Positions 39,495 to 50,210 of a stretch of 57,104 nucleotides of DNA are shown in pieces. The DNA lies in assembly GCA_003731685.1 (NCBI GenBank), contig RCNO01000007.1:270-57373 (forward strand), read 5' to 3'. The notes beneath the pieces are model-generated. The model saw only the letters and a program-made list of their open reading frames with translations. It was not told the origin of the DNA and did not search any database. A program made the translations under genes and the position numbers. Position 1 is the first letter of the stretch, and each line of letters begins with the position of its first letter. The DNA is from Bacteroidetes/Chlorobi group bacterium MS-B_bin-24 (GTDB lineage Bacteria > Bacteroidota > Ignavibacteria > Kapaibacteriales > UBA2268).

Positions 39495-39662
39495 GTCGCT
39501 GGAAAATGTTATTCGGTAAAACCATTTTATATTTTTTCGATGCAAATTTATTTTACAATAACATTTTTAAAATCTTATTTTTTTTACTTCTTTCGATAAC
39601 TTTACAAAACAAAACACATTCCTGCCACTTGTTCGTTTATTTATTTCTTTAAGTGAGTTAAA

Positions 39663-40268
39663 ATGAAAAAACAGACATTAATTGTTTTTGCAATTGTATT
39701 ACTACTGATTATAATCGACCAAGTGTCAAAGTATTTGATTTATGAGCATTTCAAGGTGCAACATTTAGGTTCACAAAGCTATGTTGTGTCCAACCCTGAT
39801 GCAGAGATAAAAATAATTGGAGACATGGTCAAATTTGTTTATGTCGAGAACGCAGGGATGGCGTTTGGAATTCAGTTCGGTGAATTTAAAATAATTTTAA
39901 GTCTTTTCTCGATTTTTGCAAGCATTCTTCTTATCTGGCTGATAATTAAAATTCAAGATTCTCCGATTGTAATTCAGATTGCATTTGGTTTTATCCTTGC
40001 TGGAGCCGTTGGCAATCTAATCGACCGAGTGTTTTACGGCGTAATTTTTGGTTATGCGCCATTATTCTATGGGAGAGTAATTGATTTTATTCAAGTGGAT
40101 ATTCCCGATATTCACATTGGCAATTTGATTAATTACACACACTGGCCCGTGTTCAATGTTGCCGACTCTTGCGTAACAATTGGCGTTGCTTTGTTAATCA
40201 TATTCAACAGGAAACTACCTAATTTTTCGGCTTTGTTAAAACGCAAAGAACCGAACACAATCAATTAG
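39663..40268 (+). CDS. lspA: Lipoprotein signal peptidase II
   Basis: DQVSK, NAGMAFG, GAVGNLIDR, VIDFI, FNVADS. Confidence 0.96.
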   Translation: MKKQTLIVFAIVLLLIIIDQVSKYLIYEHFKVQHLGSQSYVVSNPDAEIKIIGDMVKFVYVENAGMAFGIQFGEFKIILSLFSIFASILLIWLIIKIQDSPIVIQIAFGFILAGAVGNLIDRVFYGVIFGYAPLFYGRVIDFIQVDIPDIHIGNLINYTHWPVFNVADSCVTIGVALLIIFNRKLPNFSALLKRKEPNTIN

Positions 40269-40272
40269 AAAA

Positions 40273-41355
40273 ATGAATCAGAGCGAAAGCATCGTAAATA
40301 CGCTCGATGGGTTCTACATTGTGGAACACACTTTGGAAGTTCCCCCCGGCAAGGTACCGGAGCGAATCGACACATTCCTTGCACGCCACTTACGTAATGT
40401 ATCGAGAACGAAAATCCAAAGAGCAATCGAAAACGGCGATGTTACGGTTAACAATCAGCTCGTTAAAGCGAATAGAAAGGTCAAGCCCAAAGATGTTATC
40501 GTTTGTCGACTTCGACGGCTCCCCCCTTTGAAACTTGTACCCGAAAACATCCCGCTCGACATTGTTTACGAAGATGATTATCTTATGGTCATCAACAAAC
40601 CTGCTGGAATGGTAACACATCCGGGCTATGGCAATCGAACTGGCACATTGGTCAATGCAATTCTTTACCATCTTGGCTATCGCGAAGAAATTGAAATTTC
40701 GGGCGATAGCTTGGAAGAATTAGAAGAAGACCAAGACGAAGGCAAAATTTTTGCTGCACAAGAAATACGCCCGGGCATTGTCCACCGATTGGACAAAAAC
40801 ACAACCGGCTTATTGGTGGTGTCGAAAGACCCTTCGATTCATCAGCAACTTTCGGAGCAGTTTGCTAAACGCACCGTCGAACGCTTCTATTTCGCAATTG
40901 TCTGGGGAAATTTCAAAGAAGACTTTGGTACATTCGAAGGGGACATTGGCCGCTCGCCCCGCGACCGAAAACTTTTCGCCGTTGTCCGAACAAACGGCAA
41001 ACCCGCTATTACAGATTACTGGGTCGAAGAACGTTTCGATTATTTGTCCCTTGTAAAAATTAAATTAAGGACAGGTAGAAACCACCAGATTCGTGTCCAT
41101 TTTTCCCATAACAAGCATCCTGTTTTTGGCGACCCTTCTTATGGCGGTAATTCAGTTGTATATGGTGGACATAATCCCCGCTTTCGACAATTTGCTACAA
41201 CTCTGCTGAAATCAATCAATAGGCAAATGCTACACGCCAAGACATTAGGATTTTTCCACCCCGTCCTGAAAAAACAAATACAATTCGAAGTCGACTTCCC
41301 GGAAGACTTCAAGTATGTCCTTACCGAATTAAGAAACTACACCAAGCAGTCATAA
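40273..41355 (+). CDS. rluD: RluA/RluD family 23S rRNA pseudouridine synthase with S4 domain
   Basis: RIDTFL..SR, NKPAGMVTHP, GIVHRLDKNTTG, TGRNHQIRVH, LHAKTLGF. Confidence 0.92.
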   Translation: MNQSESIVNTLDGFYIVEHTLEVPPGKVPERIDTFLARHLRNVSRTKIQRAIENGDVTVNNQLVKANRKVKPKDVIVCRLRRLPPLKLVPENIPLDIVYEDDYLMVINKPAGMVTHPGYGNRTGTLVNAILYHLGYREEIEISGDSLEELEEDQDEGKIFAAQEIRPGIVHRLDKNTTGLLVVSKDPSIHQQLSEQFAKRTVERFYFAIVWGNFKEDFGTFEGDIGRSPRDRKLFAVVRTNGKPAITDYWVEERFDYLSLVKIKLRTGRNHQIRVHFSHNKHPVFGDPSYGGNSVVYGGHNPRFRQFATTLLKSINRQMLHAKTLGFFHPVLKKQIQFEVDFPEDFKYVLTELRNYTKQS

Positions 41356-41457
41356 GTACAACTGGGAGAAGCTTCAAGAAGAATGACCCCTGTTTTTAAT
41401 CGATATTGATTGGAATATCTTATTTAAGCAGTATTTTGGGTTGTGGGTATAATCATT

Positions 41458-41507
41458 AGACATCGGAAGAACAGAGACATCGGATGTTTCAAAAACATCC
41501 GATGTCT
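41458..41507. repeat. REP-like double palindrome, locus 8 (plus an upstream half-site)
   Basis: AGACATCGGATGTTT-CAA-AAACATCCGATGTCT at 41475-41507; AGACATCGGA at 41458. Confidence 0.88.
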
Positions 41508-41589
41508 TTCAATACCCTAATTTGCCTGTAAATTTTGCCAGACCTGTTTGGAATGAAGAGAAAATTTTTTTAATTTGTAATTCTGAAAG

Positions 41590-43917
41590 GTGAAAATTGG
41601 GGGGATGTTGATGAGGTATGTGTTTTGTCTTTTGGCTTTAACTTTTTTGCTTGTAAACTTTGGTTATGGTCAAACCAAAAGCCCGAACAAGCAAGTTCGG
41701 ATATTCCCCGACGAATATTCCGAACTTGATGATGTTACTGTCTCGAAACAACTGGACGACCCTTTTGTAATGAAAACGCTCGAAAGAGCACGGGTAAAGT
41801 ATTTGCGGGCTTTGAATTTTATCGAAAAGAAGGACACTGCCTCTGCCGAAGAAAATTTTGAACAGGCAATTGATATTCTGAATTCTATCAGTTATTATCC
41901 AAATATTCATTCATATCGAGACTATACCGATTTAATTCAATCTATTTTAGAGGATTACGAGAAATACATTCAGGACATAAAGAATTTGGACGAGAGTTCT
42001 TCTTTGTTCATTTTGCGCGAAACATTGAACAAGGAACTCGAACGTTCGGCGAAAACGAAAACCCCTGCGGTTGGGAAGATTACACGCACCGTGAAAGATA
42101 CAACGAAAGCGGGGGAGCGAATGCAGATTCTCGGTTTCCAAATTCCAATGGACGACAATGAATATGTTAAAAAGAGCATAGAATTTCTTACCCAAAAGCC
42201 AATCGGACGGAAATTTGTTCGGACGAGCCTTGCTCGGAGTACTGCTTGGGGCAACCTAATCAAGAAGATAATTGCCGAGGAAGGAATGCCCGCGGAGTTA
42301 TTCTATCTTGCGATGGTCGAAAGCGGCTTTAATCCTTTTGCTGTTTCGCGAGCAAAGGCTGTAGGAATCTGGCAATTCATTATGTCCACTGGTCAACTTT
42401 ATGGATTGAACGCCGACGGGTCGCAATGGATTGATGAACGCCGCGACCCAATCAAATCTACTCGCGCTGCAATGCGACACTTGCGGGACCTTTACAACGA
42501 ACTGGGCGATTGGCATCTCGCTATTGCCGCTTACAACTGCGGGATTAATGCCGTTCAACGGGCTATTGCTCAATATGGCAAACCCGATAGCGTTTCCTTT
42601 TGGACAATTATGCAGTATCTTCCGCGAGAAACTCGAAACTATGTCCCTCTGTTTATTGCTGTTGTCAAAGTTGTTCATAATCTCGAAGAGTTTGGATTTA
42701 ATCTAAATGAAATCGAGTACGCTCCCGAAATTCAATTCGATAAATATGCTTTGAAGGAACCTGTTAGCTTGACTGCAATTGCAAAGTGTGCAAACACAAC
42801 AGTCGATAAAATCCGTGAGTTGAACCCAGAACTGGTTTTCTCGTTCACCCCACCGACAACCAACGAATATGAGATTCGCATTCCTTATGGTTTAAAACAA
42901 ACTTTTGTGGCAAATTTTCTCAATCTTACCCCCGAAGAGAAAAGGCCTTATCTTTCTTACAAAACCGAAAAGCACGAAACCATTGAGCAAATTGCTAAAA
43001 AGTTTGAAGTCGACCCAAATGAAGTCCTTTTGGTCAACAACATTACATCTGCGACCAAAAAATTGCCAAAAGGTACGACTTTGAAAATCCCAGTTGGAGG
43101 CACTGCATATCCACAGCAAAATGCTTTGGCAAGCAACGATAGTCCCGAGACATCGAATACTCAATCGACCACACCACGAAGCAAATCCGATGCCCTTGCA
43201 TCGCCCGAGAAACCATTGGAAAAGAGCAAAAATTTGGCTACCCAAAGCGTGATTCGTTATGTGGTAAAAGAAAATGAAAACCTTAACAAAATAAGCGAAA
43301 AATACAATATCCCCGCAGATAGCATTGTTGTTTGGAATGGTTTGAGGAACAAAGTTCTTACTCCGGGACAGACGCTGCGAATTTACTTCTGTGGGGAAGC
43401 TAATCGAACCGAAAGAAATCTCGCCGACCCGAAACCCAAAACCAATGAAGTTGAACCCAAAACTACAGCGAAAGCCAGCAATGATGACGAAGAGCGATTA
43501 GTTCCTGCAAAAACTAAAAAGGAACAGGCAAAAGCCAAGGAAATTGTTCACAAGGTTCGACGCGGCGAAACATTGGAATCAATCTCGAAAAAATATGATG
43601 TTTCGATGGATGAAATCATTGCCAACAACAAGGATTTGAAAAAAAGGAAGGGAAAGCTTCTTGCTGGGGAAAAACTTGTTATCCGAACTACTCAGAAGGA
43701 AAAGTCGAGTGTAGCCCAGAAGAGTAACTCGAAGGGGAAAAGTTCAAAAAGCAAGAAATCGGAGAAAGTAAAGCCTCGTTACCATACAGTTCAAAAAGGA
43801 GAAAATCTTTCATCAATTGCGAAAAAATACAAGGTCGATTTAAATGATATATATGCAATGAACCCAAGGGTGAAACAGCAAAAGCTAAAAGTTGGTCAAA
43901 AGATACGAGTCAAATAG
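41590..43917 (+). CDS. mltD: MltD-like lytic transglycosylase with multiple LysM domains
   Basis: LAMVES, AVGIWQF, DERRDP, AAYNCG, ETRNYVP; LysM repeats (HKVRRGETL, HTVQKGENL); start may be 41611. Confidence 0.9.
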   Translation: MKIGGMLMRYVFCLLALTFLLVNFGYGQTKSPNKQVRIFPDEYSELDDVTVSKQLDDPFVMKTLERARVKYLRALNFIEKKDTASAEENFEQAIDILNSISYYPNIHSYRDYTDLIQSILEDYEKYIQDIKNLDESSSLFILRETLNKELERSAKTKTPAVGKITRTVKDTTKAGERMQILGFQIPMDDNEYVKKSIEFLTQKPIGRKFVRTSLARSTAWGNLIKKIIAEEGMPAELFYLAMVESGFNPFAVSRAKAVGIWQFIMSTGQLYGLNADGSQWIDERRDPIKSTRAAMRHLRDLYNELGDWHLAIAAYNCGINAVQRAIAQYGKPDSVSFWTIMQYLPRETRNYVPLFIAVVKVVHNLEEFGFNLNEIEYAPEIQFDKYALKEPVSLTAIAKCANTTVDKIRELNPELVFSFTPPTTNEYEIRIPYGLKQTFVANFLNLTPEEKRPYLSYKTEKHETIEQIAKKFEVDPNEVLLVNNITSATKKLPKGTTLKIPVGGTAYPQQNALASNDSPETSNTQSTTPRSKSDALASPEKPLEKSKNLATQSVIRYVVKENENLNKISEKYNIPADSIVVWNGLRNKVLTPGQTLRIYFCGEANRTERNLADPKPKTNEVEPKTTAKASNDDEERLVPAKTKKEQAKAKEIVHKVRRGETLESISKKYDVSMDEIIANNKDLKKRKGKLLAGEKLVIRTTQKEKSSVAQKSNSKGKSSKSKKSEKVKPRYHTVQKGENLSSIAKKYKVDLNDIYAMNPRVKQQKLKVGQKIRVK

Positions 43918-43963
43918 CAAAAGGGTGAATTGGGGAGAGACAAGCGGACGATTCTAAAATTCT

Positions 43964-43995
43964 GGGAGGTGCAGGTGAAAGAAACTGCACCTCCC
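43964..43995. terminator. Hairpin between convergent mltD and nrfA
   Basis: GGGAGGTGCAG-loop-CTGCACCTCCC. Confidence 0.7.
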
Positions 43996-44051
43996 GTCGT
44001 TTAAGCAGATAGAGAATCAAATCCGAGAAAAACAAAGCAAATTCTCAAGCA

Positions 44052-45530
44052 TTAATATTTATACAAAGTGCCTTGCCTTTTCTTTGCTAAGGAATCCCAA
44101 AGAGGAACAATCGTTCGTAGAAATTCATTTTTATCCTCCCAAAGCAATTTCATATCTAACTGAATATACCGCTGTGCTTTCTCTTTTGTCGAAATATCGG
44201 GATAATCGATTGGCAACTTAACACCCATTCGGGTAAACAAGGCGGCGAGCATACCTCGTGCTTTTTCTGCTTTTTCAATGGATGTACTCAAAACACGAAG
44301 CGCTTCTACAGGGGCGTGGAAACCAACACCATTTGCTGCTGCTACCCAGTCCCAACGCCATTGTGCCGAGCGAATAAGTTTCAAAATTGGTTCCATATCC
44401 TTTTCTGTCGCACCATAGCGCCAAGCCATTTCCGCTTCCAAATGTGCCTTTGCTATTGATTGTTCTGCGATTTTCCGCACTTCACGAACTCTATCTTGTC
44501 TTTCGTATACATCCCGAATCAACTCCTGTTCGCTTTGACGATGGCAAACCTGACACGAGTTGGCAATATTTGCCAAGGGACTACGAATGTGGTGGTCTGT
44601 GAATTTAACGCCGCCTTCAACTTTATAGGGCATATGACAATCGGCACACGACACTCCGCGTTTAGCGTGTATTCCTGTCATATATAGTTCATAATCGGGA
44701 TGTTGAGCCTTCAACATCTTTGCCTTGCTCAACTTATGTGTCCAATCGGAAAAATTAATTTCATCAAAATAGGCTTCCATCGAATCAGCACTAAATCCTT
44801 TATCCCAAGGAAAAGTAAGATACTTTCCTTCGCCCTTGAAATAGTATTCAACGTGGCATTGGGCGCAAACAAGGGAACGCATTTCTTGGTGAGTTATGTT
44901 TTCCAATTTTACTCCCCTTCGCTGAAGAGCCTCGATTAGGGCAGGTCTGGTGATGCGCAAATTCATAGTCTTTGGGTCGTGGCAATCTTGGCACCCAATA
45001 GGATTGACCATTTCAGGTCCCATTTCGAACCACTTTTTCTTATAAAAAGCTTCGGCTCCAAGTTTAGCAACCATTCTCGGGAAATCGGTCGTTTTACAAG
45101 ACCAGCAAGTTGCAGGTTGAGGCGATTCTTTAACGCCGCCTGTTCGTAAAGTACTTCGTAAATCCTCGATAGCCCAAGCGTGTCCACGAGCCTGATTGTA
45201 ATCTTTGGCAAAAGCATAGCCAGCCCACATAATTACCGATTCGGGGCAATCTTCCAGCAAGTCAATATGACCCGAACCAAGATATTTGCTCCTAAAGCTT
45301 GTGTCCAGAGTCCTTTTGTACGACTCGAATTCACGAGGGAAGTTTTCGCCCCAAACTTCGTTTCTTGGTTCCCAATCGGCAATAGGTTTGACGATTTGAA
45401 ATCTTGCTATCGATTCGGCGCGTCGCTCAAGTATTGTCGAAACAAACAACCCCACAATAATGACGATAACGACAGCAAAGATGAATATTGCAAGATAAAG
45501 AAATCGTTTTTGGTTTGGTTTTGTTTCCAT
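44052..45530 (-). CDS. nrfA: Ammonia-forming cytochrome c nitrite reductase NrfA
   Basis: CWSCK plus four CxxCH hemes (CQDCH, CAQCH, CADCH, CQVCH); KAQH motif. Confidence 0.97.
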   Translation of the reverse strand: METKPNQKRFLYLAIFIFAVVIVIIVGLFVSTILERRAESIARFQIVKPIADWEPRNEVWGENFPREFESYKRTLDTSFRSKYLGSGHIDLLEDCPESVIMWAGYAFAKDYNQARGHAWAIEDLRSTLRTGGVKESPQPATCWSCKTTDFPRMVAKLGAEAFYKKKWFEMGPEMVNPIGCQDCHDPKTMNLRITRPALIEALQRRGVKLENITHQEMRSLVCAQCHVEYYFKGEGKYLTFPWDKGFSADSMEAYFDEINFSDWTHKLSKAKMLKAQHPDYELYMTGIHAKRGVSCADCHMPYKVEGGVKFTDHHIRSPLANIANSCQVCHRQSEQELIRDVYERQDRVREVRKIAEQSIAKAHLEAEMAWRYGATEKDMEPILKLIRSAQWRWDWVAAANGVGFHAPVEALRVLSTSIEKAEKARGMLAALFTRMGVKLPIDYPDISTKEKAQRYIQLDMKLLWEDKNEFLRTIVPLWDSLAKKRQGTLYKY

Positions 45531-45557
45531 TGTTCTTTCCGATTTTGTTATACATAT

Positions 45558-46133
45558 TTATTCATTCGAGATATATTTCTTTAACCAATCTGGTGTTAAT
45601 TGGTAATTTACCGGAACACGACCATAGGGAGTTGAAGCTTGGCTTGCAATACGCCCATGCGGAACCTCCCGATGACAATTCCAGCAATAACTTTGTTCGT
45701 CTTTGTGGAATCCTTTTTTCTGCACAAAGGGGAAAACATAATTAATTTGTTCTTTGTGGCATCGGATGCAGTTCTCCTGAACAACTTTTGCGCCCGCTTC
45801 TCTTAATCGAATCACTTGTGGATAAGCATTAAAAGTAAAAAGAGTCGAATGCCGAAGTCCATCGTTCAACTTAAACCATAATGATTTAGCAGTATTTCCG
45901 TGTGGGATATGGCAATCGTTACAAGTTGTTTGATTACGATGACTGCTGTGAAACCAAGTGATATAAAATGGATTCATAATGTGACAATTAATACAAGCAT
46001 TGGGATTGTCGGAAAAGTAAGAATGTAGCCGCGATGAATAAATTCCAAAAACGAACAATCCGCAAAGACACCCGAAAACAATCGAGTATCCTATTTTGTA
46101 AAATTTCGTTGGCGCAAACTTTTTAAGTTCCAT
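45558..46133 (-). CDS. nrfH: Cytochrome c nitrite reductase small subunit NrfH
   Basis: N-terminal TM; CINCH, CNDCH, CIRCH, CWNCH. Confidence 0.95.
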   Translation of the reverse strand: MELKKFAPTKFYKIGYSIVFGCLCGLFVFGIYSSRLHSYFSDNPNACINCHIMNPFYITWFHSSHRNQTTCNDCHIPHGNTAKSLWFKLNDGLRHSTLFTFNAYPQVIRLREAGAKVVQENCIRCHKEQINYVFPFVQKKGFHKDEQSYCWNCHREVPHGRIASQASTPYGRVPVNYQLTPDWLKKYISNE

Positions 46134-46336
46134 TGCAACCTTAAACTTTTAAAAATGCAAAATAAGAAAAAAATATCTTATTTTAAAAAATAAAAATTAT
46201 GTTTGTAATCAATAATATTAATAAAGTGTTGCAAGTTTTACCTTAAACATCAACAAAACTTATTTGAGGAGTTGCAATTTTGTAGAGAATTAGCCACATC
46301 TTACGAAAAAAAAACATTGCCTGCCGGATTTGGTGA

Positions 46337-46807
46337 TTATTTTCCCTCCCCTTTTATCTTCTGGATTATTTTGGTGGTGGATTTGCCTTCGACGAAGGGT
46401 ATGATTTCGACTTTCCCGCCGTAGGACATAACAAATTCGGAGCCAACAATTTCCTCGACCTTGTAATCTCCGCCTTTGACAAGCACATCGGGCTTGACCA
46501 TCTGAATGAGGTGAAGCGGGGTGTCTTCTTCGAAAATCACAACATAATCCACTGGCTTCAGTGCATCGAGAATGCGTGCACGGTCGGATTCGGAGTTTAT
46601 TGGTCTATCTTTTCCTTTCAATCGTTGGACCGAGGTGTCGCTATTCAAACCAACAATTAGAACATCGCCAAATTCTTTTGCCTTCGTAAGGTATTCTATA
46701 TGACCGCGGTGCAGAATATCGAAACAACCATTTGTGAATACAATCTTTTTGTTCTGTTCCCTCAGCGAATTGCAGATTTTTTCAATTTCATTGAAATCGA
46801 CAATCAT
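46337..46807 (-). CDS. rfaE2: D-glycero-beta-D-manno-heptose 1-phosphate adenylyltransferase
   Basis: ATG 46807 overlapping the rfaE1 stop; [26 protein letters not shown]. Confidence 0.95.
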   Translation of the reverse strand: MIVDFNEIEKICNSLREQNKKIVFTNGCFDILHRGHIEYLTKAKEFGDVLIVGLNSDTSVQRLKGKDRPINSESDRARILDALKPVDYVVIFEEDTPLHLIQMVKPDVLVKGGDYKVEEIVGSEFVMSYGGKVEIIPFVEGKSTTKIIQKIKGEGK

Positions 46808-47811
46808 CGAATGCCATTCTTTTTGTTGTTTTTCCGGATTGAATCCAGAAGTTTGTCGATAGTAATTGGCACGACGCCTGGTTCCTCGCAAACAACGCCT
46901 GCGGCGTAGTTGGCAATTGTAGCGCATTCCTTCAAACTTGCCCCAGCCGAATAAATTGCTGCGAAAGTGGCAATTGTTGTATCGCCAGCGCCCGAGACGT
47001 CGGCAACTTTTCGCGCCCGAGTGGAAACGAGCGAAACCTCGCCGTTCGACTCGAACAGCGCCATACCGTCGGCTCCGAGAGTCAAAAGCACGGCTTGGGG
47101 CTCGAGCCTTTGCATCAGTTCGTTCCCGGCGGAAACAATTTGCTCACGATTTTGGATTTTTCGATTCAATGCTTGCTGGGCTTCCTTTCGATTGGGTTTG
47201 AAAACGGTAGAATTTCTGTATTCGAAAAAGTTATCGAACTTTGGGTCGACAAAAGTTGGAATCCCTCGCTCATTGGCTATTTTAATCAGTGAATGTATTA
47301 ACCGCGCTGTTATCGTTCCTTTGTTGTAATCTTGGAAGATAATCCCATCAAGATTTTTCTCGTTGGCGATGACTTTTATTATTGAATCGGTGATATGGTC
47401 GGGGATTGGGTCGCGAACTTCGCGGTCGACACGAACCACGTGTTGATTATTTGCAATGATTCTGGTTTTTACAGTCGTGGGTCGCGAACTATCGACGAAC
47501 AGCCCGGAAATATCGATTCCGTTCTGCTGGGCAATTTCTAAAAACATCTTCCCGCTGTTGTCGTCCCCAACGACACCGCAAAGTAGTGGGACAATGCCAA
47601 GATTGTTCAAATTGTTAGCAACATTCGAGGCGCCCCCCAGATGTGCGGTCTCTTCTTCCAAATCGACAACAGGGACTGGGGCTTCGGGCGAAATTCTGTT
47701 CACCGTGCCCCAAAAGAAGCGGTCCAGCATCACATCGCCCACGACAGCGATACGCTTGCCGCTGCAGTTTTCGAGCAGCTCCCTCGCTCTTTCTAATGTA
47801 ACTTCCAACAT
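46804..47811 (-). CDS. rfaE1: D-glycero-beta-D-manno-heptose-7-phosphate kinase
   Basis: [34 protein letters not shown]. Confidence 0.95.
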   Translation of the reverse strand: MLEVTLERARELLENCSGKRIAVVGDVMLDRFFWGTVNRISPEAPVPVVDLEEETAHLGGASNVANNLNNLGIVPLLCGVVGDDNSGKMFLEIAQQNGIDISGLFVDSSRPTTVKTRIIANNQHVVRVDREVRDPIPDHITDSIIKVIANEKNLDGIIFQDYNKGTITARLIHSLIKIANERGIPTFVDPKFDNFFEYRNSTVFKPNRKEAQQALNRKIQNREQIVSAGNELMQRLEPQAVLLTLGADGMALFESNGEVSLVSTRARKVADVSGAGDTTIATFAAIYSAGASLKECATIANYAAGVVCEEPGVVPITIDKLLDSIRKNNKKNGIR

Positions 47812-47962
47812 AGCATATCGAAAAAAAACAAAATTACAAAAATATTTCCACGCAATCCATCACGGGTGGTGGAGCTTGAAAATCACAATATGGATTTACG
47901 CTATTTTCGTTCGTTTTCTCTTTCTTAACATTTTGAATTAACAGAAAAATTGGAAAGTTACT

Positions 47963-48200
47963 TAGGGGCAACTGACCGGTCCACATACAAGTGTTTTCAG
48001 CTATCGGATGTTTCAAAAACATCCGATGTCTTTCCGCTGGGCTATCGCCGATTATTACAATCGCATTTGACCGAACAAGGGACTTCCAGACATCGGATGT
48101 CTGGCAGACATCCGATGTCTAACCAAAATGAATTCCGTTTGGCAAACGAAATCGGTTTTAGGATTATAATATCTCCTGGGGGCGAATAATTCGCCCCTAC
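47963..48200. repeat. Composite repeat, locus 9: one full unit (hairpin-A-linker-B-linker-hairpin)
   Basis: Aligns with the 218-bp unit at 50211 (GAACAAGGGACTTCCAGACATCGG..., AACCAAAATGAATTCCGTTTGGCAAACGAAATCGG). Confidence 0.9.
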
Positions 48201-48351
48201 ATATTGAATTGAGTTATAACAAAAAATTTTTTTAAAAGGATTAATTTTGAATTTTTATTTTTATCTTTGTATTTTCTTTTCAACTTGGATTGAAAAGAAC
48301 AAAAAAGCTAAATTCTATAATTAATTTTGTTTAACTAATTCAGGAGAAGAT

Positions 48352-48990
48352 ATGAAACTTGAACACCACAAACTTTTGAACAATGGATACAAAATGATTG
48401 TATTCCTTCTCTTTACCACAGTTCTTATCGGTTGCGGCAAAGGGAAAAATGAAAAAGCAGAAATAGTTGATACATACTACAGCCCCGAACTTGGTTGGAA
48501 GATGCAAATCGTCAAAGGTTGGGAAAAAATCGACAGCAACAAGGTCGCTGAAATGACTAACAAAGGAATTTCGGCAATACAATCCCAAACTGGAATAGAC
48601 AGCGTCGATGTGAGTGCAACAAAACAGTTGTTAAATCTTCAACTCTCGGGGAACAAAACAAACAAATTCCTTTCTAATATCGAGAAATGGGATTTTGCAT
48701 CCGAAAAAGAGTTCACCGAACATTTAAATTTATTACTTGGACTTGTTTACGATACTTTTACTGGGCTTAAGTTTAATGTCGAAAAAATTGAAAACCCTGA
48801 TGTAATAATCGACGGCGTCAAGTTCAAACATATTACTTTTAAATTGTCCCAAAATGGATACAATTTGGAAGAGAATATGTATATCGCTTATCACAAGGGC
48901 TATTTGTTTACTGTTACAATCGTAACTACACAGGAAAGCTACAAAAAGGAGATAGAAATAGCATTCCTAAATTCCAAGTTCAGTAAATAA
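48352..48990 (+). CDS. Hypothetical lipoprotein (possibly PsbP/Mog1-like fold)
   Basis: AGGAG RBS; lipobox LIGC; W.MQ..KGW, IDGVKF and C-terminal helix pattern. Confidence 0.7.
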   Translation: MKLEHHKLLNNGYKMIVFLLFTTVLIGCGKGKNEKAEIVDTYYSPELGWKMQIVKGWEKIDSNKVAEMTNKGISAIQSQTGIDSVDVSATKQLLNLQLSGNKTNKFLSNIEKWDFASEKEFTEHLNLLLGLVYDTFTGLKFNVEKIENPDVIIDGVKFKHITFKLSQNGYNLEENMYIAYHKGYLFTVTIVTTQESYKKEIEIAFLNSKFSK

Positions 48991-49002
48991 ATTTAGATGA
49001 AA

Positions 49003-49056
49003 GGGGAGTGTGGTGAAAGTATTCAGCCTCGGAATTTGATTACGGCAACACTCCCC
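49003..49056. terminator. Long-loop hairpin between convergent genes
   Basis: GGGGAGTGT...ACACTCCCC with a 36-nt loop. Confidence 0.4.
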
Positions 49057-49063
49057 AAAATCT

Positions 49064-49501
49064 TTATCCAACAACCCCAGAGATGTAGTCTTTAAGGTAT
49101 TTATTTTCTGTCTCTGTTTCTTTTAGCATCGACTTGACAATGTCGCCAATGGAAATCAAACCAACAAGAACTTTGTTATGGATGACAGGAATATGCCTGC
49201 AACGGTTTTGAGTCATAACTTTTTCGACATATTCCAAATCGTCCTCGGGTTCAACGACGATAACTTGTTGGGTCATCACATCTTTTACTTTTTTCGAGAG
49301 GCTGTTGGCTAGGTCGGAGGCAAGGGTGCGAATAATATCCCTTTCGCTTATTATACCGACAATTTTTGCTTCGGACGAAAGAACCAGAAGCACACCGATG
49401 TTGTTTGCCGCAAGAATTTTCACTGCATCGGCAAGAGTTTTTTCTTCGCCGATTGTAAATACTTCCGGTCCCTTTTGCTTTAGAATATCCTTGACTTTCA
49501 T
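49064..49501 (-). CDS. CBS-pair domain protein
   Basis: MKVKDIL, VGIISERD, VKDVMT, RHIPV, GLISIGD. Confidence 0.93.
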   Translation of the reverse strand: MKVKDILKQKGPEVFTIGEEKTLADAVKILAANNIGVLLVLSSEAKIVGIISERDIIRTLASDLANSLSKKVKDVMTQQVIVVEPEDDLEYVEKVMTQNRCRHIPVIHNKVLVGLISIGDIVKSMLKETETENKYLKDYISGVVG

Positions 49502-49519
49502 TAAAACCTCACCAAATTG

Positions 49520-50137
49520 TTATTCTTTTACCAATTTTAGATTGTTTTTGATTCTTTCGAGCATTTGTGTTTCCAAGATTCCATTAGATTTCCAGAAATG
49601 AACTTGATGGGTAACGAAATCCTCGAACCCGCTCAATTGCCCTTTAAATGAAATGAACACCGAGCCATCGGGATTCTCTTTGACCTTGAAAGTGTACTGG
49701 ATTCTGCCGTTTATCCAAATCCCCCCGCGAATCAGTGGCATTTCGTAACTATACCGTTTAAGGACTTGGAAAGTTGTATCCTTGCCGAAGGAAAACACGC
49801 AAAAGTCCGATTTCAATGTCCCGGTAAAATATCCCTCGTCGTTTTGCTGATATTTCTCGTATGAAATCATACAACCGATATCATCGAGCGACTTTTTGAT
49901 AGCACGCCAAACCATGTCGAAGCTTTCGCTGAAGGTTTCCTCGTATCGTTCCTTGTAAAATTTTAATCGCTCGGGAACAGTCTCTTGTTGGTCTTTGCCC
50001 GGGGTAATCTCTTCTTGAAATTGCGGAGTTTCTTCTTCCTCTTTCTTCTTTTCTTTTTCCTGGCTGAACGCGGTCGAAATAAACAAAGTAAACATACAGA
50101 GAATGGAAATCAACCAACGAAAATTTGCCTTTTTCAT
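49520..50137 (-). CDS. Hypothetical exported protein
   Basis: Signal peptide ending AFS-Q; possible BamC-like helix-grip pattern (weak). Confidence 0.7.
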   Translation of the reverse strand: MKKANFRWLISILCMFTLFISTAFSQEKEKKKEEEETPQFQEEITPGKDQQETVPERLKFYKERYEETFSESFDMVWRAIKKSLDDIGCMISYEKYQQNDEGYFTGTLKSDFCVFSFGKDTTFQVLKRYSYEMPLIRGGIWINGRIQYTFKVKENPDGSVFISFKGQLSGFEDFVTHQVHFWKSNGILETQMLERIKNNLKLVKE

Positions 50138-50210
50138 TTCAAATTCTCTTTATTGTTTATTAAAGTTTCAAATTTATCAAAAAAACAGAAAAATCAAAAG
50201 CAAAATTTTC

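Noticed and set aside
46808-46927. N-terminal extension of rfaE2 in the ORF track (similar upstream extensions for mnmE and yidD)
   Set aside because: The extensions overlap upstream genes; the downstream starts at 46807, 33574 and 16435 match the family N-termini.
48139-48170. Outward promoter in the repeat linker (TTGGCA...TATAAT)
   Set aside because: The 20-bp spacing is too long for sigma70, and TATAAT is not conserved in the array copies (TATGAT).
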